Positions 11,101 through 21,537 of a stretch of 33,058 nucleotides of DNA are shown one piece after another. The notes under the pieces were generated by a model. It was not told where the DNA came from, did no database searches, and worked only from the letters and a program-made list of their open reading frames with translations. The DNA is from Intoshia linei (lineage: Eukaryota; Animalia; Orthonectida), in the NCBI GenBank assembly GCA_001642005.1, contig LWCA01000299.1, positions 1 to 33,058 on the forward strand, given 5' to 3'. The stretch's first letter is position 1; each line of letters opens with the position of its first letter. Made by a program: the position numbers and the translations under genes.

Positions 11101-14100
11101 AACAGGGGTGGGAAACCTTATGATGGTATATCTCAGAGGTTCTTAACGGTGGGCGATTTTTCTATTTTATTTAAGAAAATACATAATTTAAATTAATAAC
11201 AAATAGTTCAGAGTTTAGTAAAATGATGGTGAATTAAAAAATAAAAATATAAGATTTGATAAAAATAAATTTTTTAAAAAAAATAAGCGGTTCGGATGAA
11301 ATCAATTGGCGGGACGTAGGTTGCCCATCCTTGATCTAAACCAGGTGGGATAATACGTCCTGTTGGTCTAATACATTCCATAACGTTTTTATCTGGCTCT
11401 TGATATACTGTATTGGTTTTAATTTATTATTTAACTAGCTTGAATTTTATTTACTTTGTACAAACAGCAATTAGCTCTGCCGAGAGGGACCAGAAAATTT
11501 TTTAATCATAAAATTCACACGAATAAACTTAACTTGTAAAATTTAGAAAGCATACTGCACTATCAACTACTAATTTTGATCAATCAGTCAATAATTTAAA
11601 TCAGGGTGGTCCAAAGCGTGGCCCGCGGGCCGCGAAATTGTTTTTAATATTTTTTGGACCCTTTGTACTATCATCAATTTATAAAATACTAATTATATTT
11701 TTAATTAGTGTAATATTCATATTGTAATGCTCGTATTAATTTTCTGATTAATGTGTAAAATTTTGACTTTTTATGGACTCTATAAAATGGGGGCCACAAT
11801 CTGTTGGCTAGATTTAGTATTCGAGTCGTTTGGCATAATTATTTTTTATTTATATTATATATTTGAATGGTACAGTTTACAATTTTTAGAAAGATAATTT
11901 ATCAAAAAGAAAGTCGTATGCTTTACGTCGATCACATAGCCATGTATTTAATTATTTTTATATATATAGGGATATATAATAGGTTTTTTCATTTTTGATA
12001 AAATTCCAGCCTACTCTTAAAATTGTCCATGAAAACCCATAGAAAAAAATGACTATAACTATTTACTATTTTTAAAAGTGGATATTTTAAAATTTTCAGG
12101 TACGCCCACTAATTTCCAAAATATGAAACGATAAGATGTAATTAAAAATAAAATCAGTACAGGTCGTTATTTAGATAAAAATGATATTAATATTTGGTAA
12201 AATTGGTGAATTTGATTATCCTTTAATTAATTTAATTTAAAAAAATAGTTTGTCAAGGGAGAAACAGAACAATTTACAAAAATAATTTGTTTTCTCAAGA
12301 CGATAGTTACTCATCCCGATGATGTGGATTCTTTTAAAAATATTTTGGCGGCTTTAATACATTTTGTAATTGAATGTATCAAACTGAATGCATAAATTCA
12401 TTTAACTATAGGGAAATATAATGTTAGGAAGTCGCAACATGTCAATGTCGCAAGAATCTATGGATGGGTTTAGTATTTTTTGCAATTTAATGAAAATTAA
12501 CATCGACGATGCAAAAACTGCCATTTATACTAAAAATATTCGAACAGTTTCATCATCAGTTAGAGTGGATTATACAAATGAACAAACAATACACATTAAA
12601 ATCGGTATTATTATGGTAAGCATATTTATATATTGTTAAAAGATTACCATCCATTATCCCGGTTAAATTTTGTAGTTTATATCCAGGGTTTATTAGCTTC
12701 ACTAATGGAAAGTTTCGGATTTACATAATTTGAATTTAGAAAATATACTACCGTTTATTCAAATGGGTTGTTTCGCTTGTAAATAAAAAATTGGATGAAT
12801 ATAATGAAGAAATTGGTGAAGATTTCACAACTATAGATATATTAGATATTTACGGTTTTGAAAACAACATGGTTAACGAGTATGTTAAATTACAATTACA
12901 TTTTAAATTTTTTCTAGATTCGAACAATTGTGTATAAATTATTGCAATGAAAAATTGCATTATCTTACTATTGGATCCATTTTGATTAGTGAACAGAATT
13001 TAATGTCTTCAGAGTATGCAGATTATGTCGAGGTTATTTTTCAATTTTCATGTTTTGGGAATTTGGGGAAGTTTGATGATTAAATTAAATTTAAATTTTA
13101 TTTTTTGAATTTAGATACCTTATAAAATTAACGATGTTGTAATTAAAATGATTGAATCAAATTATACCAGTATATTTTCGTCAATTGAAGATTGTTGTGT
13201 TTCTCCTATTCCAAAATCATCAAATGTATTATATTATAGAATTTAAATTATTTTGTAATCTACAATACTTCTCGTCACATATATCTGTCTCTAAAAATAT
13301 AAATACAATTTAATAAGCATTACCAAGATTATCAATTTATTAAATGTATTAATATTATTTTATTGTAATGTGAAATGAGTTCATCATTCCAATATACATT
13401 AGGTAGAAATTTTACATTATGTAGGTTTATTTTAGATAATAAACATTTAATATTTTTAAAATATAGGATTTGATGACAGAATTAAACAAACGTTTTCAAT
13501 ACCATGAATGTTTTAATTCTAATGATGTTATTTTTTTTAATTATTAAAATATACATTTTCATATCAAGTTGTCATTATTATATATTGTAATTAGGTAACA
13601 AGATCAAAAGCCAACAAATCAATTAAACTCAAGTTTACTCAATTTTCGATTATACATTATGCTGATATTGTAACATATGATTCATCCAATTTCATTCAGC
13701 ATAATGTGGATATTTTTCATTTCGATTTTAAAGAAATGCTATATAAAAGGTTGAAATATTTAAAAATAAAACAGAATATTTTTTTGTTTGTTTAATATTA
13801 AAATTATACTAAGTCATTTTACTCTTGAGACAAGTTAATCTCTTAAAAAATAACTTAATTTAAGTACAATAGTAAATTAATTTTTGTTTTAATCCAATAA
13901 ATAGCGTTTGCAAAGGGTTACTGTTATTTTTTTAATGAAATTTGAACAAATACTTATGGAATTTTTTGAACCAAAATTTGAAGATAATTTTTAGTGAAAT
14001 TAAATTTTAACTAATTTCGAAGAATTTTACGGTAATTTGTTGTTTAGCAATTTAAAGATTATTGAAATAAATTTAAAAGATTCTTTTTAGAGAATATTTT

Positions 14101-17100
14101 TATCGATTATTAAAAGGATTTAGCAGAGCCGTATCCACAAATATTGAGGTCATAGGAAAATGAAAAATAGACCCTAAAATGTGTAGTGCTATTTAGCCCT
14201 TGTCACCTCTCCAGGACCGTAGAGAGGTGACTAAGAGGTCACATTACCATCATCTGACCAGGCTTACTGCTTACTTTCCACGGGTCTTAACTTGACATTT
14301 CAAATTAATCACACAAAAATTTATGACATTCAAGAATATTTTAAATACAATGTACTAAATTTGGAAAAATAAGCCCATTTTTACAAAAATTTGGTATAGG
14401 TCTAAAAGAGGGTTTCAGAGTACGGTAGGTTCGGTTCTGGTGTTTAGGGTATTTTATATTTTTATAAATTTAAATGTGTAAAATATTACGTTTATGGAAT
14501 GTTCTTTAACCATATTTAAAAAATAGATGCTTACCGGGATATTTTTTCTTTTCAAAATTTTAAACATATTCGAATCTAAAATTAAACAACGTTTTAGGGG
14601 AATATTTTTTGACAAAATTAAAAAAGGATGCTACCGGGGTATTTTTTTGTGTCTAAATTTTGAAGATATTCGTTTGGGAAAATTAATTTTTAATCTAAAA
14701 TTAAACAAGTTTTTAGGGGATATTTTTTTATTAAATTTAAAAGATTGTTTTTAAGAAAATATTTTTTATCGTATCTTAAAGTTATCAAAGTGCACACGCC
14801 TAATCTATGTATTGAATATTACTTGCCCTAGTATGTTTTATTTGTTTAAATTACCATTTTAGTGAATGCAGCTTAATTCGTCATTTATTTAAAGATGGTC
14901 AAGCCCAAAAAGATGTTACCAAACGTAAAGCTACACTAGCAATTCGATACAAACAATCTTTAATAAAGATAATTAATGAACTATCCGACAATACTGTATT
15001 TTATCTTAAACTGTGTACGTAACTTTGTTTGATTTAGGAAACCTTTAATATCAATTGTTTGAAACCAAATTTGAAAATGTTGCCGCATTGTTTTGAAGAC
15101 AAACAAGTCTCGAAACAAATTAAATATTTGGGTTTAGCTGAATGCTACAAAGTCCGAAAATCTGGATATTCATCACATGTACCATATTCTACATTTCTCG
15201 ACAGGTTTTTATTATTATTACAAATGGCTTTGATCTGATGAATGTAACAAATCATCAATTTTTTTACAAATTTTGACATGGTTTATATACCGATAATTTA
15301 TTACGAGTATTTTTTTCAAAAAAATTTTAACCTTGAATTGATATTTTTAATTGAAATTTTTCAATAGATATATAATAACTTGTCCTAAACTGTGGCCACA
15401 ATGTAAAGACGATTTAACGGATCAAAAAAAAGTTGAAATGATTATAAATAGTGCAAAATTGAATGCTAGTGATCAAAGTTGTTTTGGGTTTGGAAAAACT
15501 ACTTTGTTTATGCACTCTAAAGTTGATATGAATATCTTTGAAAATTTGATGGAAAAACATAAACCCAAAGCAATAGCAATTATACAAAATGTATTGATTT
15601 TTGTTTTAATTTTATTCACTCGTTATATAGGTACTACGAGGTCATATAAATCGACGAAAGAAGAAGATTATTGAATCGGTAGATGAAATTAGAATTTTCC
15701 TTAAACATTACCTTTTGATTAAATTTTTGAGAGAAATTGAATCGAATAATCAGTAAATTTGCCTTTTTCAAATAAAATTTTCATTTTCAGGTTTACGAAT
15801 CCATCCATTGTACTGGGTAAACATTGCAAAAATTGGCCAAAATGCAGTAAATCCATTTTGGACGCTAAACTAGTTTTTTCCAATATATATGGACAGTAAT
15901 ATTTTGTTTTGTGCATTAATTGTATATACTTTGGATCATTGTTTTATAAGTGGTAAATCCCACTTTTTCAACTTTGTATAAGTGCTTTTTATTTTGATTT
16001 CTAACATGTTATATAACAAACTAGTAGGGTGACCAGTGATCACTAATCATGTAAAAAACTTGCAAACGAATTTTCCAATATTTTCAAGTAAATTGGTTAA
16101 AATTGTAACATGAATTTAAAATACCAAAATTTAATTTTTTTTTATTAATATTTTATTGATTAAATTTAGTTCACGTTCAAATCAAATTTTGAACGAAAAT
16201 GATGAATATAAAGAAGAAAGTGTTAAACTGTTGGTTATATGCACATATTATTTTGGAAGCAATAGACACTTTACAGACGATACTAGAAACTGGAAAGGAG
16301 ATTATTTAACTATGGTAATTTTACATTAATCATTAGCCAAATAAAAAATGCATTATTTTCATGTAGACACTAAAGGGAGATGACTTGCAAATGTATAATG
16401 ATAAATTAAAAAAAATCTTTGCTAAATCACCGAAGGCTAGTGTTTTATTTTCGTCGTTCATAATTAAGGTAAGTTCAAAAGTTTCACATTTTACATTTAT
16501 GCTAATTATAATTTATAGATGAATTCCAGAGGTATAAATAAACGTAGAGCGTTTCTCTTAACAAGTGATAATATTTACATAATGGACTCGAAAAAAAAAT
16601 TTGAAACAAATTCCATAATTGATATTCACAAAGTAGAATGTTGTTATGGGTCTATTTAAAAGTTTAATATTTAGATAGAAAGTGTAAATATATCTAAAGA
16701 TGTTGGAGATCAACTCATTTTAATTAAACTTTCGAGTGGTCCATTTTTGATGGGAATAATTGATAGAGATAGTGACGGTGTAGCTGAATTGTTTAGTCGT
16801 TTGTACTTACACGCTCAATAGTACTTTTTAATTATATTGATATTAATTAATTGTATTACTGGAATGCAGAGATTTCTAATGGTTAATATATGTAACATGT
16901 GGTTAGAGCAGGGGTGCACAATAGGGTGGACACAATTTCAATATTTTTGAATTTCTTATGGGCCATTAGCCAGAAAGTTTCATTTTGTTAAGTTAACTTA
17001 AAATACAAAATTTTAACAAAATTTGAAAACTCTACGAGGGTGCTCAAGGATACTGAATTTTAGTATACGATTTATATACATAAATATCTACGAGTAGGAT

Positions 17101-19125
17101 ATACCGAGGGCTTATCTTAGTTTGACCATATTTAAGATAACATTGATTACGGAGACGTTCAGTTTGGCGAAAACTATTGTGTTTAAATAATAACCAAAGG
17201 TTTGTAGGTGTGTCTAATTAAAAAAAATTGAATATTTTTGATATTTCGTAAATGTATAATAGCATGCAAAAAGTTAATATTGTTTCACTTTTCGAATTGA
17301 TCAGAGCCCGAACAGCTATAATTTTAGAAAATCGATCAGAAGTTATACACCGTTAAAAATTCAACAATTGTATTACCATAATCATGAGCCCTTTTCCCGT
17401 CAAATTGCAGAAAAAAATCTTTTTTAAATAACTGAATATCTGAATTTATTTTATTTGTACAACAACAAATTTCTTTGTTCAAAGCACGCATGCACAATGT
17501 TCTACAAGGATGATAGAATTAGTGATTGTTTTTAGAATCGTTCGCATTTTACGTGAAGAAGTTTCTGTCGTTATACATGCCTTGGCAATATCTTTACTAG
17601 ATAATTTTGACTGCTCTCTACCATCAGCTAATTCAGTATTTTCAAAAACTTGATTATTGCAATTCAACTCTATCGAAATAGGTAGAGGTTTTTGAACTTG
17701 AAACGTATTTAATCGGTGTTTCTCTTTTAATTCGCGCTGCAATTGTAATTCCTTACGTTTCATTTTTCTTACATATTTACAACCAAACGCATTATCAAGT
17801 ATACCAAACATCATCTTTCTTTCATTTCTCTGATCACGTAAAAAACACAAGTCTTCAGGATGTGTACATATCAACTCGGCATTTATGTGCGATATATCAA
17901 ACAATTTATCAATTGTATTAATGAAATTATCCTCACGTAATATTTGGGATTTACATCTCCTATTTTTATTCTTTTTTAATAAATTATAGCGTTCGCAGTA
18001 CGTCTTTAACATATTTACAATATGTTTCTTATATAACTTTAATAGAAATTGAACTTGTAAATCCACAAATCTAACACTTTCATCACAGTAATATTCAAAA
18101 CTTTGGAAACCCCATATTCCTTTTTTCTATGATAAAAATAAACCTTCAATACGTCCCGTAATGTTGGGAAGTTATATTTACAAAAATCTTCCATCATATT
18201 GCCTATTATCCAAATATAATCCGCGAATCTTGTTAACTCGTGCATTTCAAAAAAAACTTTATAATTTATATTAATAAAACTGGGCAAACTTAAAACCAAT
18301 TTGAGCACTACATTAAAATTAATCTTGCTTCCTAAAATTTTGCATAGACATACGTATGAATCATAAGAATAAAATTAGAGAATGGCTCATCAGAGAATAT
18401 TAGTAAACAAATATATATGGCCATTCATTCCAATTTTTTGACCAAAATGTCTAATTTTTTAGCTTTGCACGTCATTGAGCACTTCTATGATGTTATTTTT
18501 TTATGTAAAATTTGGCATGTGTGTATGTATTCATAAAATGAACAAAATTATCGAAGGGCCTATCAGAAAATGTAAAAAAAAATTTACTATGAAAATTGTG
18601 TCCACCCTAGTGCACAACCTTTCCACCAATTCAGCCGCAAAGCTACTTTACTCATTGATACTACAGCCGCACCAAATATGATCTGACATTGAGAGAGTTT
18701 AAATCCATTTTGATAAAAATATTTCATTTGAATTTGAAGTAAAATGATTTATTTCATTATAATGGCATGGATTGCCCACGGTCGCATATAAATGTTTTTA
18801 CGGCCGCAGGTTCTGCATCCCTGGGTTAGATGGTTAGACTTTATTTTCATTTTGGTTAAAGTTAAAATAAATAAATAAATCTAAAGGTTTAAAAAAAAAT
18901 TATTTGAATATAGTATAATTATAGTTTTATGTATTGATTGACGTTATTGTTGGATATTACTAATTATAGAATAATTGTAGCCATCTCAATACTGGTCTAG
19001 AATTTGATATATGCGAACAATTGAAAATTGTAAGAAATAATAAAACAATACCAATAATTACAAAAGAAACCAATGAAACTCCTCTCTTTTTCAAAAAGAA
19101 AAAACACATATCTTTTTGTTATTAA
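8116..19125 (+). CDS. Unconventional class I myosin, Myo1D/G-like (motor, IQ, TH1), divergent
   Basis: Exons approx. 8116-8188, 8224-8350, 8400-8626, 8672-8686, 8733-8805, 9854-10073, 10143-10247, 12248-12365, 12412-12615, 12740-12879, 12919-13032, 13115-13224, 13467-13526, 13595-13749, 14862-14995, 15038-15203, 15369-15590, 15631-15752, 15791-15895, 16170-16314, 16368-16468, 16519-16633, 16675-16820, 18981-19125. Motifs: YTFLGDTLISINPY, GESGSGKTE, NSSRFGK, RNFHIFY, DIYGFE, FEQLCINYCNEKL, FGKTTLF, IQNVLRGH, GKHCKNWP, RNWKGDYL, and TH1 LFSSFIIKMNSRGINKRRAFLLT. The start codon could instead be 8226. Confidence 0.9.
10541..10923 (+). mobile_element. hAT (Buster-type) MITE, 383 bp, in myosin intron
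   Basis: TIRs caggggtggttaacct / aggttgcccactctt; perfect 8-bp TSD gtttattg (10533-10540, 10924-10931). Confidence 0.85.
11103..11333 (+). mobile_element. hAT (Buster-type) MITE, ~230 bp, in myosin intron
   Basis: TIRs caggggtgggaaacct / aggttgcccatccttg; TSD atccaaac / atctaaac. Confidence 0.8.
11602..11640 (+). mobile_element. Left end of a Charlie-like hAT MITE
   Basis: cagggtggtccaaagcgtggcccgcgggccgc, a typical hAT MITE terminus; right end not identified. Confidence 0.55.
14124..14439 (+). mobile_element. MITE family B, 316 bp, in myosin intron
   Basis: TIRs cagagccgtatccac / gtaggttcggttctg; imperfect flanking duplication ggatttag / gtgtttag; related pieces at 2210-2460, 22585-22631 and 25815-25899. 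Confidence 0.65.
14524..14770. repeat. Degenerate tandem repeat (~100-120 bp period)
   Basis: gatgc(t)taccggg.tattttt and tctaaaattaaacaa.ttttagggga(a)tattttt each occur twice. Confidence 0.65.
16922..18609 (-). mobile_element. hATm-like DNA transposon, internally deleted, 1688 bp
   Basis: TIRs TAGGGTGGACACAATTT / AAATTGTGTCCACCCTA; perfect 8-bp TSD gtgcacaa (16914-16921, 18610-18617); carries a transposase remnant. Confidence 0.92.
17479..18245 (-). pseudogene. Frameshifted N-terminal fragment of a hATm-type transposase
   Basis: ORFs 18039-18308 (IGN..FPTLRDVLKVYFY) and 17479-18066 (LLKK..RR...Q..RE..F...DKLFDISH.NA...EDL.FL.DQR) overlap out of frame; no catalytic DDE region is present; lies within the TIRs. 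Confidence 0.75.
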
Positions 19126-19226
19126 TATTTTACAAATCCTAGTTCACATTAAATGTATATATTTAGAAAAAAAATATTGGTCATGTCCATCATATTATTA
19201 ATGGTAATTATAATCTCATTTTAATG

Positions 19227-20006
19227 CAGTGATTTCCGATTCTGATCCAAAAATATATGCGGGCGTCCGTGATATTCAAATAAAATATCAAAAAAATTTT
19301 ATCAACTTTCAATAATAATATCAACTTGAATAAAAATTTTTAATATTTATTACAGTTGCCAGATTTTCGGAATTAATCCTAAAAATTAATTATCATTTCC
19401 AAAAATCCCACTTTTATCCTACAATTAATACTATTTAATAAAAATTACCATTTTAAACCCTCAGGAAAAAATCGAATTTTCCAATATTTTCTTGAAAAAC
19501 ACAATTTCACCAAATTTTATGAGAAAAACCTCTTATTCCAACCCAAAATAAAAATCCAATTTTACCAATTCTGAAGGGAAATATCCTCATTTTCTAATTT
19601 TTTTTTGAAAAATTCGATTTTACCAAATCTTTTGAGCAACAATTTCTAATCCTACACTTTAAATAAAAAATACAATTTGATTAAACCTTAAGTAAAAAAT
19701 CCTTTTTTTTCCAATATTTTTTTCAAAAACACGATTTTAACCAATCCTGAAGGGAAATATTCTCATTTTCCAATTTTCTTTTAAAAAATCCCTTTTTTTC
19801 CAATATTTTTTTCAAAAACACGATTTTAGCAACCCTGAAGGGAAATATTCTCATTTTCCAATTTTGTTTGGAAAAATCCGATTTTACCAAATTTTATTAG
19901 ACAAAACACTAAAATTTTTCATAAATATTTTAATTTTCTTGTTTCTTTTGGGGTTCAAAAAATAAATATTTTTAAATAGTCATACACTATTTGAATCGGG
20001 AGCCAG
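19227..20006 (+). mobile_element. hAT MITE family A, 780-bp copy with expanded internal minisatellite
   Basis: Ends cagtgatttccgatt / aatcgggagccag; perfect TSD ttttaatg (19219-19226, 20007-20014); shares tttttaatatttattacag..ttgccaga and tacactatttgaa.cggg with 1695-2106; near-exact ~89-bp duplication at 19694/19783. Confidence 0.85.
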
Positions 20007-20210
20007 TTTTAATGTATTGACAAGTTTTTTATAATTACAGAACAGCAATTGTTGTTATGCCTCCATGTCTCATCCTTGTCTAATTGAAAAATTTGATGTT
20101 TTGTGCATCCTCATTTCGCAAATATTAAAAAAACTTTTTGTTTTTACAAAGTATAAAAATGAAAAAAAATAAAATAAATAATATTGCCTGTTTCAAATTT
20201 TTTAAAAATT

Positions 20211-20218
20211 GCGCCAAA
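20211..20218 (-). promoter_or_regulatory. Candidate E2F site (TTTGGCGC) upstream of PCNA
   Basis: gcgccaaa lies ~215 bp before the PCNA ATG in very AT-rich DNA; weaker E2F-like motifs occur at ~20114 (tttcgcaaa) and ~20389 (ccgccaag). Confidence 0.55.
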
Positions 20219-20431
20219 ACTTTAAATTCAATTTCAAAAATTAAAAAGTTATCAAATTTTGATAAATTTTATCAAGTCAATATATACCACACAATTGTAT
20301 CAAAACGTTCATTCCAAAGTCCAAGAACAAACAAAAATGACCTCTTATACAACACAATTTATGAAACTTTAACTTTATTACACAAAAACCGCCAAGATAA
20401 AAAAGTTAAACGATAATAAATTATATTTAAA

Positions 20432-21482
20432 ATGTTTGAAGCTAAATTAAATGATGGATCAATATGGAAAAAATTGATAGATTCAATAAAAGATTTGTTA
20501 ACAGAGGGTATGTTGGAATGTGGCGAAAATGGAATTAGTTTGCAGGCTATGGACAGTTCCCACGTTAGTTTAGTGTCCTTTAATATGAGTTCAAATGGGT
20601 TTGATACTTATAGATGCGACCGAGAAATGTGTATGGGTGTAACTATTGCAAGGTTTTTTTAATTTTAGAAGGTTTATTAAAATTACAAATATTAGTATGG
20701 CTAAAATTCTGAAGTGTGCTAGCAATGACGATAAAATTAAACTTCAACGGGAGGAAAACAGCAATATTTTGAAATTCACTTTTGAAAATGCTAGTACTCG
20801 CCTTTATATAATAATTTCAATCTTTTTAGCTTTAGAACGAGTTTCTCATTATGAATTGAAATTGATTGATTTGGATACTGATCGATTAGCTGTCCCAGTA
20901 ATTTAAATTTTATGATTCTCAACCTTCTCACTTACTTATTGATCAAAATTATTGAAAATGTTGAGAACCACTACTTTAATCTATCAAAATTACCCTTTTA
21001 ATAGGAAACAGATTACAATTCCAGCATTAAATTACCATCCAATGAATTTACTAGAGTAATACGGGACATGGCTAGTTTAGGCGAATCAGTAATAATTGAA
21101 TGCAGTAAAGGAGAAGTCCGATTTTCCTCATCAGGGGACATTGGAAAAGGTATCTGAAATGACAAAATTTGGATTAATTAAAATTAAATTTCAATAGGTC
21201 AGACAATTTTGCGATCTACAGCTTCAACTGATGAACCTGAATCTGCCATCCTAATAAACGTATCTGAATCACTATCCATGTCATTTAATCTTAAATACAT
21301 GACAATGTTTACCAAAGGAGCAGTGTTGAGCAACAGGGTTGTTTTATCAATGTGTGTCGATGTCCCAATAGGTATGAACTTATCAACGTAGTTATATAAT
21401 AATAGTTATTGAATACGACATTGTGGATTTTGGAAAACTTTGCTACTATCTTGCACCAAAAATTGAAGATGCTGAAGAGTAA
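20432..21482 (+). CDS. PCNA: Proliferating cell nuclear antigen
   Basis: Exons 20432-20652, 20696-20793, 20830-20897, 21005-21149, 21198-21371, 21406-21482. MFEAKL, LQAMDSSHVSLV, YRCDR, SMAKILKCA, ELKLIDLD, K164-equivalent in IECSKG, YYLAPKIED. Confidence 0.98.
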
Positions 21483-21537
21483 AATTACTGTAGTAAATAA
21501 AATTATATTAAAATCAACATTTAAAATTTTAACAATA

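Larger units (their letters stand above)
16909..18823 (+). mobile_element. Buster-type hAT MITE (~220 bp) interrupted in its left TIR by a nested element
   Basis: Left end CAGGGGTGCACAA[insert]CCTTT; right end aggttctgcatccctg; TSD ggttagag (16901-16908) / ggttagat (18824-18831). Confidence 0.85.

Noticed and set aside
19500-19900. Repeat-spacer-like array suggesting CRISPR
   Set aside because: Degenerate tandem minisatellite inside a MITE in a eukaryotic genome; no unique spacers or cas genes.
20138-20416. 92-aa Lys-rich ORF upstream of PCNA
   Set aside because: TTG start, low complexity, overlaps the probable promoter/5' UTR.
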